The notes under the pieces were generated by a model. That model was not told where the DNA came from. It did not search any database and was given only the letters and a program-made list of their open reading frames with translations. A stretch of 64,000 bases of DNA, from NCBI GenBank assembly GCA_038884615.1, contig JAWABL010000005.1:45-64044 (forward strand), given 5' to 3'. Shown piece by piece: positions 54,470 through 64,000 of this stretch (position 1 is its first letter; the number at the start of each line of letters is the position of its first letter). A program made the translations under genes and the position numbers. The stretch is from Candidatus Woesearchaeota archaeon (GTDB taxonomy: Archaea; Nanobdellota; Nanobdellia; Woesearchaeales; DSVV01).

Positions 54470-55745
54470 ACCTGCCTCTTCCATAGTGTGAATCTAGCCA
54501 CTGATTTGACTCTGCTATAAAATCTGAAACATCTTTGGCTAGGCTCTTTATTCTTGCTTCGTCCTTGTCGTAATTTGACGACAGCGATGTTGCAATAGAT
54601 TTAAGTGAGGAAAGCTTTCTTTTAGCCTTGTTCTCTTCAGACATATGGTATCTTAAATAATAGAATGAAATTAGCAAAAGCCCTATTACCGCGAGACTTA
54701 ATTGAATATATGAATTATATCCTTTATGAACAACAACTCTTATTGTTTCGGTTTCAAGCCTTTCAAGTGCTTTTCCTGTTCGCGTTTCAATAATCAAATT
54801 GTAATCTCCTTCTTTTAAACCATCGGTTTGAATATTAAGAGAAACCTGCTCTTTTGTGCTACTAATCTCGCCTTCTTTAATGCCCCTAATGTCTGTTCCT
54901 TCAAAATAGTACTCTGTACTATATTTAGATTCTTGGCCTGATGGGTTTTCAAGCAGGAGCGTGATGACTAACGACTCGCCAGGTTTTATTCGTTTGATTA
55001 ATTTTTCGTTCTCTTGGTATGTTTTTTTTGGAAGAACAGTAAATTCTTTTTGCAATGTGTTTGTGGTAAGCCCATTTGCATAAATGAAGTATGCTTTTAT
55101 TGTATATGGCTTTAATTGCAGTTTTGATACATCATAAAGAATTGTAAGGTTGTACTCTTTGTCAGGCATAATAATAACTTGACTCTCCTGCCCAAATCTT
55201 TCAATGAACCTGTTGCCATCAAAAACTTCAACCATTGGTGTTGCTCTTGCAATTACATTTCCTGAGTTTTTTAGGGAAAATTCAATGTATAGCGGTTTGT
55301 CTTGCGAGGTGTTCTCCAACTTAATTTCCAATAACCTTAAATCATCCTTTCTTTCTCCAGCAATATTGAATTTTATAGAGAATTTTCCTAGCAGTTCATT
55401 TCCTGAGTAAAAGTCAAATGTTATAATGTGCTCCTCTGGACTAAGAGCATCTTTTGGTATTTTTAGCGTAAAAATAAGGTTCTTCTTTTCAAACGAAGAC
55501 AAGGAAAACCGGTTCTCTTCAAGTTTTACATACTTTGATAGGTATTGTGAATTCTGGGCAATTTCAACTCTTACATCTTGATGTGCAGACTCACTATTTA
55601 CTACAGTGGCTATTATGCTATAGGACTTGTCAAAATCTATCTGATGAATTCTGTATTCTAATGGATTTATTGTAAGAGAGCTTGCAAGAGGCATAGCTAA
55701 GGCTATACATAGAAACATCATTAACCAGTATGATTTCACCACCAT
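54456..55745 (-). CDS. Type-I membrane protein: signal peptide, beta-sandwich ectodomain, TM helix and short cytoplasmic tail
   Basis: N-terminal MMFLCIALAMPLASS. TM helix IQLSLAVIGLLLISFYYL near aa 345-362. The ectodomain is rich in alternating beta patterns (CARDB/NEW3-like by eye). Confidence 0.6.
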   Translation of the reverse strand: MVVKSYWLMMFLCIALAMPLASSLTINPLEYRIHQIDFDKSYSIIATVVNSESAHQDVRVEIAQNSQYLSKYVKLEENRFSLSSFEKKNLIFTLKIPKDALSPEEHIITFDFYSGNELLGKFSIKFNIAGERKDDLRLLEIKLENTSQDKPLYIEFSLKNSGNVIARATPMVEVFDGNRFIERFGQESQVIIMPDKEYNLTILYDVSKLQLKPYTIKAYFIYANGLTTNTLQKEFTVLPKKTYQENEKLIKRIKPGESLVITLLLENPSGQESKYSTEYYFEGTDIRGIKEGEISSTKEQVSLNIQTDGLKEGDYNLIIETRTGKALERLETETIRVVVHKGYNSYIQLSLAVIGLLLISFYYLRYHMSEENKAKRKLSSLKSIATSLSSNYDKDEARIKSLAKDVSDFIAESNQWLDSHYGRGRYGFK

Positions 55746-55901
55746 TGTTTAGTGCCCCTTCAAAAAATCTTTTTATGGTATAAAAACTTTTACTACTACT
55801 ATTGATTAGATAATCCAACAATAAAGTAAACATATTAAATAGCAAATTTAAACAGAAAATACCACAACTTTTATAAATAACTCTAAAAAATCCGTTTTGG
55901 T

Positions 55902-56681
55902 ATGAAAGCAATAGTCCTTGCAGCAGGGTATGCGACTAGGCTATATCCCCTTACACTTGACAGACCAAAACCGCTTTTGCCTGTTGCCGGAAAGCCTATG
56001 ATGGAATATATAATAGACAACCTTTCCAATGTGGCGGGCATAAACGAAGTATATATAATCACCAATAACAAGTTCTATAATGTTTTTGTTGACTGGAGAA
56101 AAAACTTTCGCAGCAGACTAAACATAAAAATACTAAATGATGGAACCATGTCCAATGATGATAGGCTTGGTGCGGTAGGAGACATAAACTTTGTTGTGCA
56201 GAAGGTAGGGATTAAGGATGAGATAATGGTGGTTGCAGGTGACAATCTTTTTGAGTTTGATCTATTCTCAATGGAAAAATATTACCGACAGAAAAGAGCG
56301 AGTGTTGTCGGAATTTATGATATAATGGACAAAGAAAAAGTAGCAGGAAAGCTTGGTTGTGTTGAAGTTGATTCTTCGCAGAAAATCATCTCTTTTGAGG
56401 AAAAGCCTGCGCAACCAAAAAGCACGCTTATAAGCACTGCTATTTATATATTCACAAGGGAGGATGTTCATGAGATTGACTCTTGCATCAGAGAAAACGG
56501 CAGACCAGATAATCTAGGAGATTTTATAAAATATCTCTCACTAAAAAAACCGGTTTATGGTTTCCTTTTTCATGGGAGTTGGTATGACATCGGTACAAAA
56601 GAGCTCTATGCAGAAGCAAACCGAGTTTTTGAACAAAAAAGCGTTGGCAAGCAACAAATAGTTAACCTGTCAAATGCTTAA
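55902..56681 (+). CDS. Sugar-1-phosphate nucleotidyltransferase (glucose-1-phosphate thymidylyl/uridylyl-transferase family)
   Basis: N-terminal MKAIVLAAGYATRLYPLTLDRPKPLLPVAGKPMMEYII is the G-x-G-T-R-L signature variant of the NTP_transferase family. Confidence 0.85.
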   Translation: MKAIVLAAGYATRLYPLTLDRPKPLLPVAGKPMMEYIIDNLSNVAGINEVYIITNNKFYNVFVDWRKNFRSRLNIKILNDGTMSNDDRLGAVGDINFVVQKVGIKDEIMVVAGDNLFEFDLFSMEKYYRQKRASVVGIYDIMDKEKVAGKLGCVEVDSSQKIISFEEKPAQPKSTLISTAIYIFTREDVHEIDSCIRENGRPDNLGDFIKYLSLKKPVYGFLFHGSWYDIGTKELYAEANRVFEQKSVGKQQIVNLSNA

Positions 56682-56731
56682 TAAGAAGCGGTTCCGTAAA
56701 TTTTTTATTCTTTGACTCCAAACAAACCTCT

Positions 56732-58546
56732 ATGATTGTAAGCCATAAAGAGGTGAGTAGAAACATAGCTGAGAATACCCAGTTTATAATCTCAAATAAG
56801 CTTGGCGGATTTTTGCTTTTCTCAGCCAAAGAAAACATCACAAAATACAACGGACTTTTCTTTTCAAGCGGATGGGATTTTTATAGAACAATTGAAGATA
56901 TACGGCTTGTCGGAACTGAAACAACCGGCATTAAAAATAAACTTTGGGCATTTGAGCGACAAAGCCAGAATGCTATAGAGAACTTTTTTTTATATCAAAA
57001 TTGCATGATTTATGAAGTTATAAACTTCAATGGATTTGTAGATGTTACTCTTGACTGCAGGAAAATTTATGATTTTTGTGACATTGGACGAATATACAAT
57101 ATAACTGTAGAGAACGGTATGCTGGTAGTCGAGTATTGCAAATATAAGGATGCAACACTAAAAGAAATTGACTATAAAATATATCTTGTCATTGGAGGTT
57201 CATCTAGCTACCTAAAAAAAGGTTTGTGGACACAAAGAAATTACAAGTATGATGCATTGCGAAAGTCCGTGCCTTCGCTTATGTATGTTTACGAGGCACT
57301 TAGGCTTGCGGTTGATGGTGCTGAATGTTTTGTAATATCTTTTTCAAATACAAAAGACGAAGCGGTGGACGCCTGCAGAAGCACACTCTCTGAAATTAAA
57401 AAAATTAAGAATAGTTTGCAGGGATATTATGAAGGACTTACAGTAGGTGTAAAACAGAAAGGTGAGATTGGGGACGCTGTGCGTTGCTGTATTAAGTCTG
57501 TTGATGACCTAAATGTTTCAGTTAATGGAGATTCTGGGTTTTTTGCTGGGCTACCATGGTTTCACCAGTTCTGGACACGAGATTCTGCAGTTTCTTCAAA
57601 GGCGCTACTTATTACAGGAAGGCATACTGATGCTAAAGAAACTATTACAAATATTCTTTCAAAAATTCTTCCTGATGGTAGAGTGCCAAATAGGTTCCCA
57701 GAGTCACAACTTGCTAGCGCAGATGGAGTAGGTTGGGCATTTAAAAGAGCTTGGGAAATAATAGTTTTTGAGGAGAGTGCTGGAATATCTGATGCTGATT
57801 TCATAGATTTTGTAAAAGAAAAATTAAAATATTCAATTAATATGCTGATGAAACATCATACCTCCGGAGGACTTGCGTACAACGAAAGGCTTGAAACATG
57901 GATGGATACGGATTACAAAGATGACAGCAGGGCAGGTTTCCGCATCGAAATACAAGCATTACAGCTTGCTATGTATGAAATAATGGCTGCTATTTGCAAA
58001 AAGACAGGTGACACGGACTATGCAGTATACAAAAGAATGGAGGACAAAATGCGAGCAAAAGTTAGGCAAAAATTCTGGAAGCCACCTATTCTTTTTGACG
58101 GTGTCGATGACTCTACTATAAGGCCAAACATATTTCTTTGCTGCTATATCTATCAAAAGCTTCTCAGCACAGACGAATGGGTCGATTGTTTTGCCTACTC
58201 CCTGCCTAGACTCTGGCTTGAATGGGGTGGAATTGCCTCCATTGATAAGTCACATAAGTTTTTTATCGGTGAGTATACAGGCGAAGATAACCGAAGCTAC
58301 CACAGAGGCGATTCGTGGTTTTTCATAAACAACCTTACAGCAATATGCCTTGCAAGAATTGATAAAAAAAGATTTGAAAAAGAAGTATCCGCAATTCTTA
58401 AGGCAAGCACAGAAGAAATCCTTTACAAAGGGGCCGTTGGTTCGCATGCAGAAGTAAGTCCTGCAGAGAGATTGTCGTCTGCGGGTTGTTTTTCACAGCT
58501 GTGGAGCGCTGCAACTTATCTTGAGTTGGTGCATGAGCTGTTTTAG
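56732..58546 (+). CDS. Glycogen-debranching-enzyme-like protein (amylo-alpha-1,6-glucosidase / GDE_C family)
   Basis: FAGLPWFHQFWTRDSAVS and YHRGDSWFFINN match the (alpha/alpha)6-barrel GDE_C motifs. Confidence 0.75.
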   Translation: MIVSHKEVSRNIAENTQFIISNKLGGFLLFSAKENITKYNGLFFSSGWDFYRTIEDIRLVGTETTGIKNKLWAFERQSQNAIENFFLYQNCMIYEVINFNGFVDVTLDCRKIYDFCDIGRIYNITVENGMLVVEYCKYKDATLKEIDYKIYLVIGGSSSYLKKGLWTQRNYKYDALRKSVPSLMYVYEALRLAVDGAECFVISFSNTKDEAVDACRSTLSEIKKIKNSLQGYYEGLTVGVKQKGEIGDAVRCCIKSVDDLNVSVNGDSGFFAGLPWFHQFWTRDSAVSSKALLITGRHTDAKETITNILSKILPDGRVPNRFPESQLASADGVGWAFKRAWEIIVFEESAGISDADFIDFVKEKLKYSINMLMKHHTSGGLAYNERLETWMDTDYKDDSRAGFRIEIQALQLAMYEIMAAICKKTGDTDYAVYKRMEDKMRAKVRQKFWKPPILFDGVDDSTIRPNIFLCCYIYQKLLSTDEWVDCFAYSLPRLWLEWGGIASIDKSHKFFIGEYTGEDNRSYHRGDSWFFINNLTAICLARIDKKRFEKEVSAILKASTEEILYKGAVGSHAEVSPAERLSSAGCFSQLWSAATYLELVHELF

Positions 58547-58629
58547 TTAGCCCTTTTTTTATAGAAATCACACTTTATTCTTATAAAGATTAGCTTCTTT
58601 GAAAACTCCCTTTCAAAAAAGAGGGGCGC

Positions 58630-61368
58630 TTATTTTTTGGTTCCAGAGTATAACCCTTCTTCAACTGTCTGGTATGAGGACTTGCCTTCTTCCCCCATCT
58701 GCTCAGCAAGAGCGTCGTCAATTTCCTTATCACTGAATCCCTCATCTTTCAATCTCTTTCTTATTGCAAGGTCATCCTTCTTTAGCATCCTTAGAATCTT
58801 TACCATGTTGGCTATTGCAGTTTGCTTTTCTTTTTCTTCGAGCTTTTTTATTTTAACCTTGAGTATATCCACCTTGCTTCCTTTTTTTACAAAGCTAATA
58901 ATCTCCTTTCTGTACTTATATCCCAAAACACCCGCTCCTGCCAAAATTGCTAATATTGTTCCTATAATCCCCCAGAACACTATTGGGCTCATCTTTTTTT
59001 CAGGGATTGCCTCAATATCCACCCTGAAGGGGATAGTCTTTTTTTGTCCAAGCGCGATTATCTCAATTTGAGTGGATTCAGTTACATTTTCGTTCTTTGC
59101 TGTGTTTATTATTGTGAAGTTCGCTTCTTCATTTGGGTCCAATATTTTTGTGCTCTGAGAAAAGCTAAAAAATGCTTGTTTTTTTGCAAAATCAACAGTT
59201 ACTTCAATGCTTTCATCAAGCCTGTTCTTTACAAAAAAAACCTGATTGTCAGTCGAGTTTACAAAAATCTCGCTTGGACTTACAGTGAATGGAAATGTAG
59301 AATATCTGCTTATATGGATAGAAAATGGCAGTACAAAGCTTTGGTCTGCAGCTGTGCATTCAAAACGTCCTTTGTAGGTTTTTTCTGCTCTTTCTGCTTT
59401 ATTGAATGAAACCTCCACGCTTAGAGAGTTTCCTGTTATAGTAAAGTCACTTTGGCTCGTAATATCCTCGTCATCCCAGCGAAGTCTGCATGAAAAAGGG
59501 TGGCCTGTTTTGGCAATGTTGAAGTTTATCTTTGCTGTTGTGCCGAATACAGTAAGGGACTTTTCGACTAGGCTTATCTCAATCTTAGGATGGCTTGTTA
59601 CTATTATAGGGATTCTTCCTGTTTCATCACCAAGGTTGTAGATTGAAAGGTGACCATAAATATTTCCTGTTTCAGCTGTTTTTCTTATCAGATTTAGCCT
59701 TATGTAAGAGTATGGTGAGATGTCTGTTCTCTTCTTTTCAATATCTAGGACATCTTTAAGTTCGTCTGAAAATTCATATGTTACATCAGTCAAAGGGAAG
59801 GTTGTTGGGTTATAAACTTCTATTGGTACAGACTCCTTGTCCATTATTACAATCATAGGTCTTGACTTTAGTATAGGTCTTGCATTGTTTTTAAGAACTA
59901 TAAATGCAAGAGCATTCATTTCAGTATTGTTCCATCCTACATACTCTGATTCAATATTTTCTGCAAATGCAAGCTCTTCTCCGACAACCCAGTCTTCTGC
60001 ATCGTCAATAACCTCATGAGTCCTATTGAAGCCGGCTGCCATAAGCCCTAAAATGCTATAAGCAGTTGGGTATATCATTTTATATGTTGAGCCGTTGCCC
60101 CAGCTTCCGTTATTATTTTGCTTGTACCTTAACCATGAAATCACATCGCTTATATTGGTCAGGTTGGTCACAACAGAAGAGTTGTATCCGCTGTAAAGAA
60201 ATAATGCAGTATTGCTTATGTTTGCATCCGCTCCGAGATACTTCTCCCCAGAACGCTCGTTTCTAAGCTCGTGGACAAGGTACCTTAAAGCAGCATCTTT
60301 TTTCTCTTGTGATATGTTTGAGATAACAGCAAATGCAGTGGTCGCTACATCGCACGCTCCCCATTTTTGGTCTTTTGACCAGCAGTGATCAGGCATTGTA
60401 TAAGACATATTGTCTCCTTCATAAATAAACACAGTCTCTCCTTCCTTTGTTGAAAGGTTTGCCCTTATATTTCTGTCACAGACAACATCAAGCTTCTGGT
60501 TTTCTACCGGAGTTATTGTGTATGTTGCTGAGCTGCTACCCATAACCCAAAAACTTTCATTGTTTAGATAGCTCCTGTTATAGTTTATTATGCATGAAGT
60601 ATTATATGGCTCAAAGGGAAAAACTCTAAGTGTCCATTCATCAGTATCAACAAAGTAGTTCTGCTCCTTCTCAAGAAATACTACGCCGTCATAAATCACT
60701 CTGTAGGTATCAGGATAGCCTGACAAAGTTAGATAAGCCATTATCTTTGCGGTCGTAAATGTACTGCAGTCCTCCTGCGGCCAGCACTTTCTCTGGTTGT
60801 CCCTGTTGAGTTTGAGCCACTGCATTGCCAACTCCAGCTTTTCAGCATATATGTCTTTGTAGTTGCTTAAAACCCATATGCCTCCAGAGGTTTCTATCGC
60901 GTCCCGCCATCCGCCGTCGCTGTATTGCGTCTGCGCGACATAGTCAAGCATACTGCTTAGCCTGTTGACTTTTATCTTCTTTTCACGCTGAAAGGTTTCG
61001 CCGTCTTTAACATAATGAAGAAGTACCCTCACATCCCTACAATGTTTTTCTTCAAGATTGTAAGCTCCTATATAGCAGTTATAAGTGTCGCTGAATTTGT
61101 ACATGTTGATATCTGTGAATGAGTTGTCATCAACGCAAAGCACAGATGTTTTTATGGGTATTCCCTGCTCTTCGATGCATGCGTAATAGACAAGGTCCTC
61201 TACGCTAATATATTCAGAAGGTACATAGTTCCAATCAATATACTTGCTTTCTGGACGGATTAAATATATGCCCTCAATGCTCCCTTTGATGTCGTATGCA
61301 GGGCAGTAAGTGGCACTTAGGGCTAACATAAATGTCAAAAATAAAAATCCCATCCAAGCTTTCCTCAT
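58630..61368 (-). CDS. Large type-I membrane protein with prenyltransferase/terpene-cyclase-like alpha-toroid repeats, beta-sandwich domains, a TM helix and a coiled-coil tail
   Basis: Signal peptide MGFLFLTFMLALSA. QxxDGGW-type repeats (QTQYSDGGWRD, YKQNNNGSWGNG). TM helix IVFWGIIGTILAILAGAGVLGY. The tail contains KVKIKKLEEKEKQ. Confidence 0.6.
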   Translation of the reverse strand: MRKAWMGFLFLTFMLALSATYCPAYDIKGSIEGIYLIRPESKYIDWNYVPSEYISVEDLVYYACIEEQGIPIKTSVLCVDDNSFTDINMYKFSDTYNCYIGAYNLEEKHCRDVRVLLHYVKDGETFQREKKIKVNRLSSMLDYVAQTQYSDGGWRDAIETSGGIWVLSNYKDIYAEKLELAMQWLKLNRDNQRKCWPQEDCSTFTTAKIMAYLTLSGYPDTYRVIYDGVVFLEKEQNYFVDTDEWTLRVFPFEPYNTSCIINYNRSYLNNESFWVMGSSSATYTITPVENQKLDVVCDRNIRANLSTKEGETVFIYEGDNMSYTMPDHCWSKDQKWGACDVATTAFAVISNISQEKKDAALRYLVHELRNERSGEKYLGADANISNTALFLYSGYNSSVVTNLTNISDVISWLRYKQNNNGSWGNGSTYKMIYPTAYSILGLMAAGFNRTHEVIDDAEDWVVGEELAFAENIESEYVGWNNTEMNALAFIVLKNNARPILKSRPMIVIMDKESVPIEVYNPTTFPLTDVTYEFSDELKDVLDIEKKRTDISPYSYIRLNLIRKTAETGNIYGHLSIYNLGDETGRIPIIVTSHPKIEISLVEKSLTVFGTTAKINFNIAKTGHPFSCRLRWDDEDITSQSDFTITGNSLSVEVSFNKAERAEKTYKGRFECTAADQSFVLPFSIHISRYSTFPFTVSPSEIFVNSTDNQVFFVKNRLDESIEVTVDFAKKQAFFSFSQSTKILDPNEEANFTIINTAKNENVTESTQIEIIALGQKKTIPFRVDIEAIPEKKMSPIVFWGIIGTILAILAGAGVLGYKYRKEIISFVKKGSKVDILKVKIKKLEEKEKQTAIANMVKILRMLKKDDLAIRKRLKDEGFSDKEIDDALAEQMGEEGKSSYQTVEEGLYSGTKK

Positions 61369-61468
61369 GCAGCACTCCTCTCTTTTGTTTCTTTAAATAT
61401 CTTTTTTTCTATTGCTAAGTGGGTAAATGTTTTATTCACATTCTTTATCTTTATTTTTCTACTATCTT

Positions 61469-64000
61469 TCATTGCCTTTTTCCGAAGAGTTCGTCATTGA
61501 TGTTATATGTGTTGTTTTCTTGATTTACATTGTTTTTTTCAGCCTTCATCTGTATAACCTGTGCTACAATATTGAAGCTAACAAACCTGCCTTTTGTAGA
61601 TTCTTTGTGCCTATTAGATAGTTTCTCATAGGCATCGCTTATTTCAGACCTAAGTGTTTCAAGCTCTTCTTTATTGCAGTTAAGAAGCTTTCTTTTTGCG
61701 TCGTCAATTGCTGTGCAAAAAAGGTAATAGTCAAGTTCTTCTTTTAAAAATATTATTGCATGGCCTGTAACGGCCTTTTTTTCTTCGCTGCATTTTTGGT
61801 ATAGTTTTATTATGTCCTCATACATCGCAAAGGCTTTTGTGTGTCTGTTCTGTTCTATATGATTAAGGCACTCTATTAGCTTGTCGTGGAGACGGCTGTG
61901 CGCAGGTGCTGGAACTATACTTTTTATCATCTTTTTAATCTCACCTTTGCTTTCTTCATTATAATTTACCGAGTAATAACCGGCAATTAGCACTGTAGCA
62001 ACAAGGATTAAAAGAAGGACACCCTTTAGACTTAAGACGCTTCCTTCTATCACGAATCCAGTCAGAGTTTCTGCCTCATCGGCCCTTATTATCAGAGCTG
62101 ATTTTGTGCTCTTAAGTTCGCTAACAAGTTTTTTTCCTTCTAATATGTATTTGAACTTACCAACACTTCTTATATCTACCGCAAACAGCGGATCTGCATT
62201 TATAAGCTCTACCTGCTCTTCTATCCTTATTTTGTTGAAGTCGGAGGCCAAGGTCTTCGGAACAAACTCAACGAAAACAAGCCCCGAGATGTTATCTCTT
62301 GTAGTAACTACTTTCTCTACTATTGCAATGTTCCTTCTTTCTCCAGACATATATTCAATCTCTATGTTTTCAATCTTTGCTTCAACTTTGATTTTTTCCT
62401 GTGCTTCAACACAGCTCCTAACGAATTTTTTAAATTGCTTATCGTTAAGATTGCGGTTTTTTGAGGCAAGGTATGACTTAGCTATCTCGGCGAGCTCTTC
62501 TTCATTTAATTTTTCTATATAATCCTCAACCTCTATTACCCGCACACCTGTTTTTGTTTCCTGCATAATCTGGCTCAACTCTCTTTTGTACTCTGCTGTT
62601 CTTGATTCAAAATCTGCGTGTGAGATTTGGAGACTTTGTAGCGAAGCAAACTTTTCTCTTAGAACTGTCAGTTTTTGCTTGCTCTCTTGCATATCCTTTG
62701 AAAGCTTTATCTGACCTGCGGCAATTGTTTCTTTTTCGTCATAAGCCGAAACCCTGCGTAACGCCTGGTCAATTTCGGCGAGGGCGGCGTCTATCTTCTG
62801 TAGCTCGTTGCTAAGATCATAGACCTTTGGCGAAACTTCTTTTTTGTTGTCTGTTTCTGTTGCTGTACCTATATTTTCAGTATTTTTGTTTGGCTTCTCT
62901 TCAACTAGGCCAGAGACAAAAAGCTCGTGCTCGTCGCTGAACCCTTCACCAGCTTCATTCATACACCTTATCTTCCATTTGAAGTTTCCGTTTGTTAGAT
63001 TCGCCTCAAACTTCTGCACTTCACCTCTGCTTACATTAATCTGCTCGCCTTTTACTCTCATGCCAAGCAGTCCAACCTGATTGAAGAGCAGCTTACAGTA
63101 ACTTACAGGTGTTTTTGACTCTACTTTATAGTTGAATGTCGCAGTTCTTTCATGAAGCATTATACCATCATCAGGTCCTATTATCTCTATGCGCGGAACG
63201 CCTCTCTCGCTTTCAGGCTTGATTGTAAGCTTCTCGTAAACAGTCATGCTTTGTGTCAAGTTAACATCAAACTCGCGTGTCTGATATGCTAAATGCTCTA
63301 CTTTTGCCCTGTAAATTCCTTCTTTAAGATTCTCAAAAAATGCCCTTCCATTGATATTTGACTTTGCATGAGTTCCGTTTATAGAAACAAGCGCATCGCC
63401 TATGAATTCTTCGCTTCTGTTGTCTTGTAAATACACGGTCAAGGTAAACAATTTGTCTTTTATCTCTAAATTTCTGTAGCATGTAAAACTTCTCTTCTTT
63501 GAGTCTTCAACAATAAGCCTTACTGGATAGTCATGCTCTGCATTGTATGTATGTTTGTCTTCACTTCCATATGTGCCGTCTCCATAGTTCCATGATTTTA
63601 AATACGGCGGAATGCCGCCCCTTATATCTGGATTAAGAGAAACCTCCTCTCCAGTAGTCCCATGCGTTGCTTTTATAAAACAGCTCAGCGGTTCTACTAC
63701 ACTAAAACTTGCTTCTCTCTCAATTATCTGGCCTGAATAAGAGAATACAGCCTTTATATTATAAATGCCTGTTGAGAGTGGTGTATAAAGCAAGACAGTG
63801 CTGTTCTTTACAACAGTACTATAGTTTTGAACCGAGTTGGCTGTTGAGACCGTTATATTTAGCAAAGTTTCTGGACCGGCCGTAATATAAATGTACACTG
63901 ATTCATTTGGATAATAACTCTCTCTTTCAACCGATACAGAAAAATTAATCTGTTGGCTCGCGTTGAGTAGGCTGTTCGGTTGATTTTTTTCGCTGTTGTT
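61469..64000 (-). CDS. Type-I membrane protein with a PKD domain and a carboxypeptidase-regulatory-like domain; the N-terminus runs off the window
   Basis: PKD motif WNYGDGTYGSEDKHTYNAEHDYPVRLIVED. CarboxypepD_reg-like INGRAFFENLKEGIYRAKVEHLAYQTREFDV. TM helix LLLILVATVLIAGYY. The reading frame stays open upstream of the annotated GTG (63898) to base 64000. Confidence 0.65.
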   Translation of the reverse strand, partial: NNSEKNQPNSLLNASQQINFSVSVERESYYPNESVYIYITAGPETLLNITVSTANSVQNYSTVVKNSTVLLYTPLSTGIYNIKAVFSYSGQIIEREASFSVVEPLSCFIKATHGTTGEEVSLNPDIRGGIPPYLKSWNYGDGTYGSEDKHTYNAEHDYPVRLIVEDSKKRSFTCYRNLEIKDKLFTLTVYLQDNRSEEFIGDALVSINGTHAKSNINGRAFFENLKEGIYRAKVEHLAYQTREFDVNLTQSMTVYEKLTIKPESERGVPRIEIIGPDDGIMLHERTATFNYKVESKTPVSYCKLLFNQVGLLGMRVKGEQINVSRGEVQKFEANLTNGNFKWKIRCMNEAGEGFSDEHELFVSGLVEEKPNKNTENIGTATETDNKKEVSPKVYDLSNELQKIDAALAEIDQALRRVSAYDEKETIAAGQIKLSKDMQESKQKLTVLREKFASLQSLQISHADFESRTAEYKRELSQIMQETKTGVRVIEVEDYIEKLNEEELAEIAKSYLASKNRNLNDKQFKKFVRSCVEAQEKIKVEAKIENIEIEYMSGERRNIAIVEKVVTTRDNISGLVFVEFVPKTLASDFNKIRIEEQVELINADPLFAVDIRSVGKFKYILEGKKLVSELKSTKSALIIRADEAETLTGFVIEGSVLSLKGVLLLILVATVLIAGYYSVNYNEESKGEIKKMIKSIVPAPAHSRLHDKLIECLNHIEQNRHTKAFAMYEDIIKLYQKCSEEKKAVTGHAIIFLKEELDYYLFCTAIDDAKRKLLNCNKEELETLRSEISDAYEKLSNRHKESTKGRFVSFNIVAQVIQMKAEKNNVNQENNTYNINDELFGKRQ

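Noticed and set aside
61427-61621. 64-aa ORF on the plus strand between the two large minus-strand membrane-protein genes
   Set aside because: It overlaps the 3' end of the 61469-64000 gene. Its translation is a low-complexity F/L/Y/S artefact of T-rich sequence.

Overview
AT-rich archaeal genome fragment. Archaeal markers are an ATP-dependent DNA ligase, a type-2 methionine aminopeptidase, FtsZ, archaellins with class III signal peptides, and a tRNA with bulge-helix-bulge introns. The gene content suggests an uncultivated, possibly DPANN-like episymbiont, but that lineage call is inference. Bases 1-14,200 are mostly housekeeping: a twice-interrupted tRNA-Arg, a kamA / M29 aminopeptidase / GNAT operon, an MJ0936 phosphoesterase, an AsnB-Dph6 fusion, lig, a nitroreductase, ftsZ, map and hisS. 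From about 14.3 kb onward the window is a cell-surface and motility region. It holds three archaellin paralogs, a FlaC-like protein, two MltD-like lytic transglycosylase/LysM proteins, three type-I membrane proteins with beta-sandwich ectodomains, and a sugar nucleotidyltransferase plus debranching-enzyme pair. Dominating it is a single uninterrupted 28.5-kb ORF (23726-52198, 9,490 aa). That ORF encodes an N-terminally anchored, sequon-saturated protein built from ten WWNxSWxYR (DUF2341-like) modules, seven FG-GAP/VCBS beta-propellers, lectin-like ConA and PA14 domains and Ig/CARDB-like domains. It starts 11 nt after a 182-aa tyrosine-recombinase-fold gene whose catalytic residues, including the nucleophilic Tyr, appear substituted. 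The recombinase-like gene, the giant gene and one archaellin are bracketed by two inverted copies of a roughly 165-bp element with 14-bp terminal inverted repeats; one copy has an 11-bp target-site duplication. No rRNA, CRISPR array, reverse transcriptase or archaellum motor genes (ArlH/I/J) were seen. All homology calls come from motif recognition by eye, not from searches.
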